Assembly: GCA_965215515.1 (NCBI GenBank) | Contig: OZ244057.1 | Coordinates: forward strand, 384,001-448,000 | Source of the DNA: Oligoflexales bacterium | GTDB lineage: Bacteria; Bdellovibrionota_B; Oligoflexia; Oligoflexales; JAPPIL01 | Reading direction: 5' to 3' | DNA: 64,000 bases | Part shown: positions 1 through 10,253 of the stretch, piece after piece | How positions within the stretch are numbered: the first letter of the stretch is position 1 | Layout: each line of letters starts with the position of its first letter | Made by a program: the position numbers and the translations under genes | The notes under the pieces: generated by a model | Told to the model about the DNA's origin: nothing | Seen by the model: the letters and a program-made list of their open reading frames with translations, nothing else | Database searches by the model: none

Positions 1-1184
1 GTTTGTGTACGTTGCAACGCGTGATAGTGGCGTTCACAACTGATGAAGGCACTGTCCGCGGTGGGCGTGCTGTCGTCGAACTCGGTTACCAGTCTGGCGC
101 GCAATGCCGCGATGCCCTGCCCCGTCTGGCATGAAATGAACAGTGTCTGTGGTGCTGCCGATACTGCGGCGAGGTCGCACTTGTTGATGATCTCCACAAT
201 TTTACGTGCCCCCGTCGCCGCGGGGCGTGCCTGCGGTGCTTCCGCACTGGCGATACGACAGACAAGATCGCAGTCGGCCAGCAAGGTCATTGTTTGACGC
301 ACACCGTGTTGCTCGATGTGGTCACGGCTGTGGCGAATACCAGCGGTATCGATAATTTTGAACAGTCTTCCCTCTAAATACAGTGTGTCTTCGAGATAGT
401 CACGGGTCGTGCCAGGATGGGCGGTGACGATGGCTCGTTCTTTCCCTAACAACAAGTTGAGCAGTGATGACTTGCCGACGTTAGGCAGACCGATCAGGGC
501 GAGACGCAACCCGTCTTTGGCAATACGACCTTGCTGGTAGCTCGCCAGCAACTGTGTACTTTCTTGCTGGGCGGCGTGCAGGGCTTGTGCGATTGTCTGG
601 TGCTGCACAGTTTGTGTTTCCCGTTCGTCAGGAAAATCAATCAGGGCATTGAGCAGGCTCAAGGCGCGCAGCAGTTCGGCACGGAGCGCGGCGATGTGCT
701 GATGAAAAGCACCGAAGGCAAGGCTCTGGGCGGCGCGCCACTGTGTTTCGGTGTCGGCGGCGATCAGCTGGGCGATACCTTCTGCCGCGGCGAGGTCGAG
801 TTTGCCGTTGAGAAAGGCTCGTTTAGTAAATTCCCCAGCGGTGGCGGAGCGTATCCCGTGGTTGTGCAGGAGGGCGAGAATTCTGCGCGGCACGTACCGC
901 CCGCCATGGCAATGAATCTCTACTACCTCTTGCCCTGTGTAGGAGTGGGGAGCGGCAAAATAAACCACCAGCGCTTCGTCGATAACGTCTGAGCTATCGA
1001 CGATGTGGGCGAGGTAGCACTGCCGCGGTTGCCAACGGGGAGTTTTTTTGCGCACGATGTCGGCTAGCAAGGGTAGCAGTTCGTCGCCAGAAATACGCAC
1101 CACTGCGATCGCCGCGCGGTTGTTCCCGCTGGCTAGAGCTGCGATCGGTTCGCGATCGTAAGGGGGGATGGATGTTTCAAGCAT
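1..1184 (-). CDS. mnmE: tRNA modification GTPase MnmE (3' end runs off the window; not in the ORF track)
   Basis: Manual minus-strand translation from ATG at 1184: [86 protein letters not shown]. Overlaps the uppP stop (ATGCTTGA). Confidence 0.95.
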   Translation of the reverse strand, partial: MLETSIPPYDREPIAALASGNNRAAIAVVRISGDELLPLLADIVRKKTPRWQPRQCYLAHIVDSSDVIDEALVVYFAAPHSYTGQEVVEIHCHGGRYVPRRILALLHNHGIRSATAGEFTKRAFLNGKLDLAAAEGIAQLIAADTETQWRAAQSLAFGAFHQHIAALRAELLRALSLLNALIDFPDERETQTVQHQTIAQALHAAQQESTQLLASYQQGRIAKDGLRLALIGLPNVGKSSLLNLLLGKERAIVTAHPGTTRDYLEDTLYLEGRLFKIIDTAGIRHSRDHIEQHGVRQTMTLLADCDLVCRIASAEAPQARPAATGARKIVEIINKCDLAAVSAAPQTLFISCQTGQGIAALRARLVTEFDDSTPTADSAFISCERHYHALQRTQ

Positions 1185-1959
1185 TGCCAGACAGCAGCCA
1201 GAGGGTAACGACACCAGCCAGCGCGAGGCGATAGAGGGCAAATACACCGAACCCAAGACGATCGATGCAGCTCAGCAGCAGTTTGATTACCAGCAAGCCC
1301 GTCACCGCGCTGACTGCGACACCGAGCAAGAAATGTGGCTCACGCAGGAATACTATCAGCTCGCGGCTATTCAGCAGCAGTGCCCCTAGCATCACGGGTG
1401 TTCCGAGCAGAAAAGAAAACTTAACGCTGGCTTGGCGTGTCAATCCCAGCATCCGCCCTCCCAGCATCGTCACCCCGCTGCGCGACACACCAGGTACGAG
1501 TGCCAGCACTTGCCATAAGCCGATCAGCATGGCCTGGCGCAATGACAAGGCTGTCACAGCAAACTGCTGTGGGCAGTGGCGATCGTACCACCACAGGGCC
1601 GCGCCCACCACCACCAGCGGCACGATGACGACTGGAGCGTGATGCAGATGGGTGGCGATCAACTCTTGCCCTAGCAAACCGACCACCGCAATGGGCACTG
1701 AGGCTACGCCGAGACGGAGGGTGAGGCGGGGGTGGCGACGTGCCAGCAGTTCGTCCCGTAGCAGTGCGTGCCAATCCCGTCCGAAATAGATGAGCAGCGA
1801 CAGCAGTGTGCCGCTGTGAAACGCGAGGTTCAGCAACAGCGGCAGGTCTTCCTGTGCCAACAGCGTGCTGTAGAGAATGAGGTGCGCCGAGCTAGAGATA
1901 GGGAGGAACTCCGTCACCCCTTGTAAAATTCCCAGCCCCACGATGTGAATGATGCTCAT
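1177..1959 (-). CDS. uppP: Undecaprenyl-diphosphate phosphatase (BacA/UppP)
   Basis: GILQGVTEFLPISSSAHL and PGVSRSGVT motifs; multi-TM; start placed at ATG 1959. Confidence 0.93.
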   Translation of the reverse strand: MSIIHIVGLGILQGVTEFLPISSSAHLILYSTLLAQEDLPLLLNLAFHSGTLLSLLIYFGRDWHALLRDELLARRHPRLTLRLGVASVPIAVVGLLGQELIATHLHHAPVVIVPLVVVGAALWWYDRHCPQQFAVTALSLRQAMLIGLWQVLALVPGVSRSGVTMLGGRMLGLTRQASVKFSFLLGTPVMLGALLLNSRELIVFLREPHFLLGVAVSAVTGLLVIKLLLSCIDRLGFGVFALYRLALAGVVTLWLLSGNA

Positions 1960-2022
1960 CGCAATCCGCCCGCCACCTTCAGTCATCCGTTAAGTAGCGC
2001 AGAGCCGAGGCGGCGCGCAACC

Positions 2023-2050
2023 TGTAGATGACCCCTAAAAACGGACACCC
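2023..2050 (+). repeat. Dispersed IS-end-like motif TGTAGATGACCCCTAAAAACGGACACCC
   Basis: Related copies at 10392-10443 and 28344-28397. Confidence 0.6.
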
Positions 2051-2067
2051 GAGCGGTTGCGATACCC

Positions 2068-2877
2068 TTAACGGCGGTAGCGGTCGGGATGATAGTCGAT
2101 CAAGGCGGTATCGGGGTGAGCGAGATCGCTGCTGTCGCCGAAAGCGTGCACGGTAAGCAAACCCTCCCGCACAGCTACTTCTTCGGCGCGCGGCTCTGCC
2201 TTCATGTAAGCCAGACAGCCGAACAGACGCATGCCCGCACAGCTCGGCAGATTGATATGCGGTGACGAAGCCTGCCAACGCGTATAACTGCGCAGATATT
2301 TGCCCAGAAAATACTTAACGTCACCCACCGTCAACGTTGTCTTGGTCTCGACGATGACTATGTCCCGCTCCCCTGAAACGATGATGTCGATCTGTCCGTC
2401 TTCAGGTTTGCCGTCCTCATCCTGACAACGCACGCCGACATTAGGTAAGGCATCGTCGACGTGGAGATCGTGATGGCGGTTGAGGGTGGTAACGATGCCC
2501 GACTCGATGACAAACTCGGCTAGCTTGCCCCACATGTCGTACAACTTGCCCGTTTCTACCGCTACCACGCGGCGGTGCTCCTCCCGATCTTTGACACGCT
2601 GGGCATCGTATTCCTCACGTTCCCTCTCCAGCTTGGCATCGTACTCCTTGCGCTCTTCTTCTCGTTTGGCATCGTACTCCTTGCGCTCTTCTTCTCGTTT
2701 GGCATCGTACTCCTTGCGCTCGGCGATGCGCTCCTTGCGCTCTTCTTCTCGTTTGGCATCGTATTCCTTGCGCTCGGCGATGCGCTCCTCGCGCTCCTTC
2801 TCCAAGGCGGCCTCAAAACGCGTGGTGAACTGTGCCAGCTTTTTGTCGATGTACGAGGGTTCTTTGTCCGTGCTCAT
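2068..2877 (-). CDS. PD-(D/E)XK nuclease-like protein with N-terminal charged coiled-coil repeats (DUF3782-like)
   Basis: Repeated ERKEYDAKREE units; C-terminal GQIDIIV..IVIVETKTTL nuclease-type motif. Confidence 0.65.
   Translation of the reverse strand: MSTDKEPSYIDKKLAQFTTRFEAALEKEREERIAERKEYDAKREEERKERIAERKEYDAKREEERKEYDAKREEERKEYDAKLEREREEYDAQRVKDREEHRRVVAVETGKLYDMWGKLAEFVIESGIVTTLNRHHDLHVDDALPNVGVRCQDEDGKPEDGQIDIIVSGERDIVIVETKTTLTVGDVKYFLGKYLRSYTRWQASSPHINLPSCAGMRLFGCLAYMKAEPRAEEVAVREGLLTVHAFGDSSDLAHPDTALIDYHPDRYRR
2632..2795 (-). repeat. Intragenic tandem repeat, 33-nt core (ERKEYDAKREE) with ERIA inserts
   Basis: Near-identical cgtttggcatcgtactccttgcgctcttcttct units. Confidence 0.85.
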
Positions 2878-3003
2878 GAGCAGTCGTCCTTGATAATGAA
2901 CACCGCCTTACTTAGATGCTACACCAGCTCCTCGCTGATCAGCAAGTTCTTTCGAGAACGAGAAGCTCGTACAAACAAACACCTGTCCAGTCTTCCCGCC
3001 CAT

Positions 3004-3435
3004 TCAGAAAGGCACATCTTCAAGACCGCTGCCGTTGCTTGTTCCAGCATCGGCGGGTTGTGGCGAAGCTGTCTCTTTCTTGTGCTCTCCCTGTGTTTCA
3101 CCAGGCCTGCTGCCGAGAAACTGCACGTTGGAGGCAACAACCTCCGTAGTATAACGCTTCTGTCCATTCTGATCTTCCCAGGAGCGCGTCTGTAGCCTAC
3201 CCTCGATAAACACAGGACTGCCTTTGTGCAGATACTTACAGCAGTTCTCCGCCTGCCGTCCCCAGACCACCACTCGATGCCAGTCGGTGAAACTCTGTTT
3301 ACCGCCCTCAGCCGTATTACGGAATTCGGTGGTTGCAACGCTGATGTTAGTCAGAGGAGTCTGACTCTGCGTGCAGCGCAACTCAGGGTCTTGACCAAGA
3401 TTACCGATCAACTGCACACGATTGTAAGATGCCAT
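3004..3435 (-). CDS. ssb: Single-stranded DNA-binding protein
   Basis: NRVQLIGNLGQDPELR, WHRVVVWG, C-terminal EDVPF. Confidence 0.97.
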   Translation of the reverse strand: MASYNRVQLIGNLGQDPELRCTQSQTPLTNISVATTEFRNTAEGGKQSFTDWHRVVVWGRQAENCCKYLHKGSPVFIEGRLQTRSWEDQNGQKRYTTEVVASNVQFLGSRPGETQGEHKKETASPQPADAGTSNGSGLEDVPF

Positions 3436-3519
3436 CACATACCTCGTCCGATTCAAATCCGATCCCGAGTGCTAGCAGACGACGAAAAAAATATCCACTC
3501 CTGTTTATCTCGGTATATG

Positions 3520-4506
3520 CTAGCAGTTCCTGAGCTGCGCCGCGATAGCCGCGTAGGGATCATCCCTACTGGCTGGAGGCAGCAGCAAGCGCGGGCTGGT
3601 GAGATTGATTTCGGTGATCAAGCCCGCAATCATGTCAAAACCGACAAAATACACCCCCTCTTGCCACAAACGCTGGGCAACCGTACGCACCGCCTGCACC
3701 TCCGCAGTGCTAGGACGATGTGCCCGCAACTCTGCCCCCTGGGCAGTGTTGGCGAGAAAACTGCCCGCAGCAGGTCGTTTCAAACACCAAGCCACAGGCT
3801 CACCAAAAGCGCAGAAACAACGCACCTCCCCCTGCCACACCTCCTCCTGAAACTGCTGTACAAGCAGCGTCGCCCCCTGCTGTCGCTGCGCGGCGACGAT
3901 CCTGCGTCGTGCCTCCCGCTCACCACCCACCGCCAGCCGCACACGCAGCACACCCTGCCCGCCATGCCTGAACAACGGTTTGATGATCGCATCGCCCCGC
4001 AACTCCTGCACAATGAAAGCTAGCATCTGCGTAACATCGCTGCTTACCAGCGACTTGACGGTCTGGGCGGGGAAATGCAACACCGCCATCTTCTCATTGT
4101 AATCCCGCAAAGCCCGCGGTCGATTGAACACCCGCGTGCTCGCACGATCGAGATGCCACGTGGCGACGACATAAGCTAGATCAAAAGGCGGATCTTTACG
4201 CATGTGGACGGCAGCGAAATCCGCCAACGCCCGCACCTCCACCCGCGGCTCACTAACCACCCCCGTGTGTGCCGCTCCCGTGAAAACCATCCGCCGACAA
4301 CGACACTGCACCTGCCCCCCACTGCGACTAAACAAATCAGCAATGCCAGCCCCGTAAACAGCAACTCCCTGGCAATGCAGAGCATACGCAAGCCTAATAC
4401 TAGTGTTGAGTGACAACGTCGCCGCCTCAGGGGGGTCGATGATAAACAGATGCTCCCTCGCCACGCTGAACTCCCCCAACCATACCCCGCTGCTAGCATT
4501 TTCCAC
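3520..4506 (-). CDS. gshB: Glutathione synthetase (ATP-grasp)
   Basis: MRKDPPFD, DYNEKM, IIKPL..HGGQGV, FLANTAQG, FVGFDMI..ITEINLTSP. Confidence 0.85.
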   Translation of the reverse strand: MENASSGVWLGEFSVAREHLFIIDPPEAATLSLNTSIRLAYALHCQGVAVYGAGIADLFSRSGGQVQCRCRRMVFTGAAHTGVVSEPRVEVRALADFAAVHMRKDPPFDLAYVVATWHLDRASTRVFNRPRALRDYNEKMAVLHFPAQTVKSLVSSDVTQMLAFIVQELRGDAIIKPLFRHGGQGVLRVRLAVGGEREARRRIVAAQRQQGATLLVQQFQEEVWQGEVRCFCAFGEPVAWCLKRPAAGSFLANTAQGAELRAHRPSTAEVQAVRTVAQRLWQEGVYFVGFDMIAGLITEINLTSPRLLLPPASRDDPYAAIAAQLRNC

Positions 4507-4587
4507 GTAAATTCACCACCTTGCAAGCCAAAACGACCCCCGCCAGGAAAACAACGCATCGCCCCTACTTTAAATTTTATAAAATTA

Positions 4588-4615
4588 TTGACATACGTTT
4601 TGTTTTTGATACAAT
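4588..4615 (+). promoter_or_regulatory. Sigma70-type promoter for the 4652 gene
   Basis: TTGACA-16nt-TACAAT with TGn extension, in an AT-rich intergenic region. Confidence 0.65.
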
Positions 4616-4651
4616 CCTGATAGTTTTAATTTAATTTATCCTGGTTATGAT

Positions 4652-5308
4652 ATGAGATACTTATTATTAGTTATGGTGCTATGCGGCACAGCTTGTGGTG
4701 AGCGTAACGGTCGTGAGGGAGACGTGCGTCATCTGGACGCGGCGAACGCTGGTAAGCGGGAGGTTATCCTTGCTACCCAGCGACCTAATGGTCAGTATTG
4801 TTTTTATGGCAATAGTGTGGCAAGCGCAGCAGAGCAGGGTGAAACTTTTTCCGAGCAGATGATCAGGTTGGCGCACGGCAGCGAGTTGTTGACACCGTAC
4901 TCTTTGCACCGCAAAGATGTGCGCGATGCCTTGCTGATGGAAAGTAAAAATATCAACATAGCCACGCATTTACAGGTTAACCCCGTCACCACCCTCGCTG
5001 ATTGGACTTGTTTCGCGTCGATAGCTGCCATTCTTTTTACCAAGAATCCAGTGTTCCTTAAGGTAGCCTGGGTGTCGTGTGGTATCTCGATCTCAGCTCA
5101 GGTGGGGGCATTCATCGCTTATGGCACGGGGATGCGGAAGAACAAGGCGCTCAGCAAAGAGCTTGTTTCGCCCCACATGGACAGCGTCGAGATGGAGACG
5201 ATCGCACGTCTGCGCAAAATTTTCACCTGGCTGGAATCGCGTGATGCCGAGCAGTGCCCTGCTGAGATTGAGATTCCCCTGCCGCAAAGCGAGTTGAAGG
5301 AGGCTTAA
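4652..5308 (+). CDS. Hypothetical lipoprotein with two hydrophobic helices
   Basis: Signal ..LCGTAC lipobox-like; no family recognised. Confidence 0.6.
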   Translation: MRYLLLVMVLCGTACGERNGREGDVRHLDAANAGKREVILATQRPNGQYCFYGNSVASAAEQGETFSEQMIRLAHGSELLTPYSLHRKDVRDALLMESKNINIATHLQVNPVTTLADWTCFASIAAILFTKNPVFLKVAWVSCGISISAQVGAFIAYGTGMRKNKALSKELVSPHMDSVEMETIARLRKIFTWLESRDAEQCPAEIEIPLPQSELKEA

Positions 5309-5310
5309 GC

Positions 5311-6222
5311 ATGCTGTTACGGATTTGTTTTTTATCGTTGTTGTTATCGGCTTGTGGCCAAGCCGAGCACTCACGAGTTCAGGTGGGCGGGCCTGGCGTG
5401 ATCGCAGGAGATGACCCTCTCAATCGCTACACGGTGTTGGTTAAGCTCGCTTTTGAAAGAGGTGACCGCCTTGCTCATGGACACTGTTCGGGCACGTTGC
5501 TCAGCCCCGAGCACGTGCTGTTGGCCGCTCACTGTGTGGAAAACGTGTGGAGTGCCAAAGTGCTGATCGGACACGAGCACAAGGTCACGCTCGCTAACGG
5601 TAGCAAGTTTACCGCCCTCAGCGAAGGTAAGTCTCTCGTCGTCAGTAAATCTTTTCTGGCATATTACGAAAAAAAATTCTACACCGTCTTGTTGAAGAAG
5701 CTCACCTGGCGCGAACCACGGCAGGTTCTCAAAGATATCGCCATCATCAGGTTAGCGCAGCCTTTTGACTTGCCCTATGGAATTGAGTTTACCATTCCTG
5801 AACCTAACCGTGACCTCAGCGGCGAACAGGTAGACATTGCAGGTTACGGGATCGGTGATTTCGCCCAACAGCCTAATCGTGGACGCAAGGCGACAGTTAC
5901 GTTAAAACGTGATTATCAGGTGTCCGATTTGCTGGAGTTTACCAATTATACTGACCGCGTGAATTTTGGCGATTCGGGCGGCCCTGTATGGTGGCGTAAC
6001 GAAGAGGGGCAACTCAACCTCATCGGGGTGCATTCCTTCGGGTTGCCATTGCCATTGCCATTGCCGTTTTACACCTACTCGATCGATATTCGCCAACATC
6101 AGAAATGGATCGGCCAGGCCTTGCGAGTGTTACACCAACGCCAGCCACGCATCACGGCCGCGATGGACATGAGCAAGCGCTTCTTCCCCTCCTTCTTGGA
6201 AGAAAATTATCAGGGCGATTGA
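5311..6222 (+). CDS. Trypsin-like (S1) serine protease lipoprotein
   Basis: LLSAC lipobox; CSGTLL..VLLAAHC, DIAIIRL, GDSGGP triad motifs. Confidence 0.9.
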   Translation: MLLRICFLSLLLSACGQAEHSRVQVGGPGVIAGDDPLNRYTVLVKLAFERGDRLAHGHCSGTLLSPEHVLLAAHCVENVWSAKVLIGHEHKVTLANGSKFTALSEGKSLVVSKSFLAYYEKKFYTVLLKKLTWREPRQVLKDIAIIRLAQPFDLPYGIEFTIPEPNRDLSGEQVDIAGYGIGDFAQQPNRGRKATVTLKRDYQVSDLLEFTNYTDRVNFGDSGGPVWWRNEEGQLNLIGVHSFGLPLPLPLPFYTYSIDIRQHQKWIGQALRVLHQRQPRITAAMDMSKRFFPSFLEENYQGD

Positions 6223-6313
6223 TCTTACCGCACGGTGACAATTTGCCCTGTGCTGACACGCACACAGTTCGGGTATAATAGAAGAGAGATATGCTGGCCA
6301 CCCAAGCGAGTAA

Positions 6314-8686
6314 ATGGCGGAAAATACAGCAAACTTTGCCCTATCACCTCTGTTGCAAGCACGGCTGTTACGCACCGCGGCGCGTGTTATGGAGCGAGAT
6401 AGCTTCGCCAGGCTAAAGGCGAAGCTTAGCACAGCGATCGTGCGCACTAGTCGTCGTCGCCCGCAAGCCCTACATGCTCTAGAACTACAGCGTCTCGTCG
6501 CAAAGAAGGCAGCTTTTACCGCCATGCGTCCCGTGCTGGCCAAACTCTACGCCTACGACCGCAGTCTGCGTTTTCAAGCACAGCTAGTTGAATTGGCATT
6601 CTTGCATGGCGACAGCAACGATGTACAAGATATGCTCCAGTTTCTCGCACAGCGCGGCAAAGATTTCTACCTGCACATCAACACCGCCGTGCGCGAACGC
6701 CTGCTGCCCGCACGTGTGGGCGAAAACTCACCTCTTGCAGATATTTTGTTATTGCATCGCAACCACGATGCCCTGTGTCCCGCTGAACGTCAGCATATTT
6801 TGCAACTGCTGGGTAAACTCGCGGTACCTAGCGAACTGCTCGTTTATTTCGAACAACACAAGACCATGCTGTTGACCGCACTGAGAACGCAAGGGGCTGA
6901 TCTCGACGCACTCTACCTCAGGCTAGGCAAGGCCGCCTTGCAGACGGGTTACCTCGATGGTTGCCGCCAATTTCTCGCCCACATCAGTCCACAGTCGCAG
7001 GCTTACCGTGATGCCTTGCGTATCCTGCTCCTTCCGCCCGCCAAGAATGCCAGCAACAAGGTGTTACAGAGTATGCTGGCGGAACAAAAATGGGAAAACC
7101 GCCTGATCCTACTCGACAGCTACCTCACCACTGCAGCTCGCCGCAATCCTCTTACCGACCGCGATCGCCCCGCACTCAATGCCGTGTTGCGCGACCCGTT
7201 GGCATTGTTGCCGAAGACCAGCGCGGCCTGGACAGCCCTATCCCAGCTGCTGGTACGGCAACGAGGACAACTGCGCTACTACCCTGACCTGTATCGGGTT
7301 TTTGTCCAGCACCGTGCCGTGTTTCACGGCGCGGGATTGGATACCGCACTGTGGTACGGCTTTCTCTCCCTGCAGGCGGAAGACGACAAACACCGTCTAT
7401 GGCGCGGGATTGCACATCTGCACCACTACGTCAACTGCGGCAGCGACAACGAGAAGGCTTTGTGGCGGGCAAAAACTATTCTGCTCGAGTTAGGAGAAAC
7501 AAAACTGTGGCAACGTCTGCACCGCGAAGCTTTGCGTTTTGTGCAGCAGGCAAGAGTAATCCCTATCGCACAACGCCAGCGTATGGTGAACCAACTGCGC
7601 GTCGCTTGTCACGAACGTGACTTGACGCTGCACGAAGTGCGCACTTACCTGCCCCTCAGCACCTCTCGCTACGTGCTGACGGAATTGGAAACAGCCGTGC
7701 GTAAGCAACAAGCCCCCGCTCTTGAGCTGGATATCATCTGGCGCAAGGCAAACCTCGCCCATCTGCACAACCGCGACCTCGATCGGATATGGACATTGGC
7801 ACTCAAACTCGATCGTATCGATCTGGCCTGGCGCACCGCAACACTGCTCAATGCTAGACGAGCACTACATCCGCGGGTGCAAGGGGTATGGCAAGCATCG
7901 GGAGAAAAACGCGCCACCTACCCCTTGCTATGGCAGGATAAAATGCTGGAGACTTGCACGGCAGGGTTTAGCATTACCGAACAAAAGTTTCTACACGCTT
8001 TCTTTAACGTTGCCGCCATGATCCCCGCCCTGTTCGCTCGCCTCGATCCGCAAGCACGCAGCTATCGACGCAAGCTAACGCGGGATGACAGGCCGCGACA
8101 ACAGATCGAAAGGTTTCTCAACAACATCCCGCAGCTGGCCGCGAGTGCGCGTCGCTACTACTTCAGCAGCGATGGGATGCTGGCACGCAATCAGCAGTTG
8201 CCGTTGTTCATCAGAAACATGCCTGACACCGTGTGGAGTTTGCTGTTGGCGAACTTAGCCGAACGCCTGTCACTGAACTTGTGGTCATGGCAGCTGTCGC
8301 TGTTGATGGCACTGGTCGATAAAGTATTGCCACGTTTTATCACTCGCAGCAAAATCACCGCACGTGGTCTGCGCTGGCTGCGTAACCTCAGCCCTCAACA
8401 GCAGCAAGCATGGCACACGTTGGTGGCGACCGCGGTGCGCCTCTCTGACCCACGCGCGGAAGAACTGCTGGGGGGCTTCCTCTGTCGTCTGGCCGCCTGC
8501 ATGTATCAAAACCACTATCAGGCACTGTTGTCCTTGCAATTGATGCACGCACCGCTATCATATATCTGGAGCTTGGAGAAGTTTATTTTGGCCGCCCAGT
8601 ATTCCGACTTGCGGCAACAGCTGGGGTGTCGGCATCGTGTCAAAGCTCCGCAGTCGGTGGTAACGATGGCCAGTATCTTGCGGTGA
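6314..8686 (+). CDS. Hypothetical 790 aa helical protein
   Basis: Long open frame; no motif recognised. Confidence 0.6.
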   Translation: MAENTANFALSPLLQARLLRTAARVMERDSFARLKAKLSTAIVRTSRRRPQALHALELQRLVAKKAAFTAMRPVLAKLYAYDRSLRFQAQLVELAFLHGDSNDVQDMLQFLAQRGKDFYLHINTAVRERLLPARVGENSPLADILLLHRNHDALCPAERQHILQLLGKLAVPSELLVYFEQHKTMLLTALRTQGADLDALYLRLGKAALQTGYLDGCRQFLAHISPQSQAYRDALRILLLPPAKNASNKVLQSMLAEQKWENRLILLDSYLTTAARRNPLTDRDRPALNAVLRDPLALLPKTSAAWTALSQLLVRQRGQLRYYPDLYRVFVQHRAVFHGAGLDTALWYGFLSLQAEDDKHRLWRGIAHLHHYVNCGSDNEKALWRAKTILLELGETKLWQRLHREALRFVQQARVIPIAQRQRMVNQLRVACHERDLTLHEVRTYLPLSTSRYVLTELETAVRKQQAPALELDIIWRKANLAHLHNRDLDRIWTLALKLDRIDLAWRTATLLNARRALHPRVQGVWQASGEKRATYPLLWQDKMLETCTAGFSITEQKFLHAFFNVAAMIPALFARLDPQARSYRRKLTRDDRPRQQIERFLNNIPQLAASARRYYFSSDGMLARNQQLPLFIRNMPDTVWSLLLANLAERLSLNLWSWQLSLLMALVDKVLPRFITRSKITARGLRWLRNLSPQQQQAWHTLVATAVRLSDPRAEELLGGFLCRLAACMYQNHYQALLSLQLMHAPLSYIWSLEKFILAAQYSDLRQQLGCRHRVKAPQSVVTMASILR

Positions 8687-8695
8687 GGAGTGATG

Positions 8696-8815
8696 ATGGT
8701 GACCTGGCTCGCTTTGGCGGGAGGGCTTTTTGTGCTCGGGATAGTGATGTACTGGTTGGTTAGCATGCCGCTGCGAGACTTGATCGCGGTCAGCGGCAAG
8801 AAGAAAAAGCACTAG
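8696..8815 (+). CDS. Small single-TM membrane protein (39 aa), not in the ORF track
   Basis: GAGGAG RBS then MVTWLALAGGLFVLGIVMYWLVSMPLRDLIAVSGKKKKH*; fills the gap exactly. Confidence 0.65.
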   Translation: MVTWLALAGGLFVLGIVMYWLVSMPLRDLIAVSGKKKKH

Positions 8816-8817
8816 CC

Positions 8818-9453
8818 ATGCGCAGTAGAAATTTTTTATGCGGCGCTGCCGTGCTGGTAACCGCTACCCTGAGTGCTGGACAAGCCACCTGGCAAGAAGT
8901 GGGAGCGCGGTTACGGGTCAAGCAGGGCTTGCAGGTTAATTTCGAGCAGCGTGTCTTGACCATCCGCAACAAAGTCCGTCTCACCACAGGTGAGGTTCTT
9001 TTCCACCCCGACGGGCGGTTTCGTTGGGAAATCACGCACCGCGGCAAGACGGTACGCACATACGTCTACGACCGCAAGACCATCACCGAGTACCTGCCCG
9101 CCGAAAAAACCGCCAATGTCTGGAGTATCAGCAGTGCTAAAACCGATGCCATCGTGCGCATCGTTACCGTGATCAAAGCCCCCCACCAACTGCAACGCGA
9201 CTACCTCGTGCGGGAACAGCAGCGTGACAAACGCAGTATGCAACTGGCACTCACGCCCCGCGTCGCCAGCGATATCGACACCATCACGGTATCGGTCGAC
9301 CTCCCCGCTAACTTCATCAGCAAGGTGCGCATCGACTACCGCAACCAAAGATACAACGAATTCACCTTCCGCAACCCCCGACGGCAGACCATCGCTGCGG
9401 CACGCCTCAAGTTCGTTCCCCCCACTGGAACGAGGGTCAACCGCTTGCAGTGA
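8818..9453 (+). CDS. lolA: Outer-membrane lipoprotein carrier LolA family
   Basis: Signal peptide; VNFEQ..GEVLFHPDGRFRWE..YDRKTITEY; C-terminal FVPPTG. Confidence 0.75.
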   Translation: MRSRNFLCGAAVLVTATLSAGQATWQEVGARLRVKQGLQVNFEQRVLTIRNKVRLTTGEVLFHPDGRFRWEITHRGKTVRTYVYDRKTITEYLPAEKTANVWSISSAKTDAIVRIVTVIKAPHQLQRDYLVREQQRDKRSMQLALTPRVASDIDTITVSVDLPANFISKVRIDYRNQRYNEFTFRNPRRQTIAAARLKFVPPTGTRVNRLQ

Positions 9454-9458
9454 CACTA

Positions 9459-10253
9459 TTATCGCCAGCTGAACTCCAACTGCATGTCGAAGCGGATATA
9501 GCCATCCTCCGCCGCGGCACAACCACCTGGACTGATGGCAAAGCTGGCAGCGCCGAAGTCGGCTTGCTGACCTTTCCCCGCACGGGTGGTAACGCACAGG
9601 AGTCTGCCCTCCAAATGCTCTTTGCGCAAAGTAAACTCTGCCGTTTTTTCCCCAAACCTATAGACCGCACGATTATCTTTGTCCGAATCACAAGCTAATT
9701 TTATGTTATCTCCACCGCTGAGGGCCGCGACGGTCTTCTCACCCGTGCCACACATTCTGCTTCTACCCTCCACCACCCGCGGCAATCCCTTATTAATTGC
9801 GCTTTTGGCCTCAACCTTAAAACCATCCCTGCACCCGCCATCTTCTATTTCACACCTCAGAAAATACTCCTCATTCGTGCTACGGTAGAGACAGCCGTAG
9901 TTGTGGCAGCTGGCGGTAACATTTATGGTATGCAGCTTTCTGTCATCCGTGAGGGGCTCGAGCTCTGTCGTGGAGGGAGCATCAGATTCTTCTAGTGATT
10001 CTTCCGCATCGTTTTCGTTTTGCTCAGCCGTATCGTCGTGCATTCTCCTGGACTGCCCCAGGGATGGCGAAGCACACTCGCTGCGTATGGACGCGTCCTG
10101 CCCCACGCAGTCGCCCGTGGCGGGGAGGGCTTGGCCTCCTACGGGCTGTGGTAGGCGCGGGGCGCGCTTGTCGGGGCGTGGGAGACAGCTACCCAGCACT
10201 GACCAGGCAACGACGACAACGATGAAACCACCTGCTGATTTCGGCACAGCCAC
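9459..10253 (-). CDS. Hypothetical Cys-containing lipoprotein
   Basis: VLGSC lipobox, acidic linker, several Cys; GGAGG RBS. Confidence 0.55.
   Translation of the reverse strand: MAVPKSAGGFIVVVVAWSVLGSCLPRPDKRAPRLPQPVGGQALPATGDCVGQDASIRSECASPSLGQSRRMHDDTAEQNENDAEESLEESDAPSTTELEPLTDDRKLHTINVTASCHNYGCLYRSTNEEYFLRCEIEDGGCRDGFKVEAKSAINKGLPRVVEGRSRMCGTGEKTVAALSGGDNIKLACDSDKDNRAVYRFGEKTAEFTLRKEHLEGRLLCVTTRAGKGQQADFGAASFAISPGGCAAAEDGYIRFDMQLEFSWR

Noticed and set aside
43..992. Plus-strand ORFs 43-297 and 531-992
   Set aside because: Antisense shadows of mnmE, which the ORF track missed because it runs off the window.
2480..3338. Repetitive ORFs 2480-2893, 2562-2816, 2575-3195 (looks multi-TM) and 2919-3338
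   Set aside because: Alternative-frame readings of the tandem repeat and ssb; the periodic hydrophobicity is a repeat artefact.
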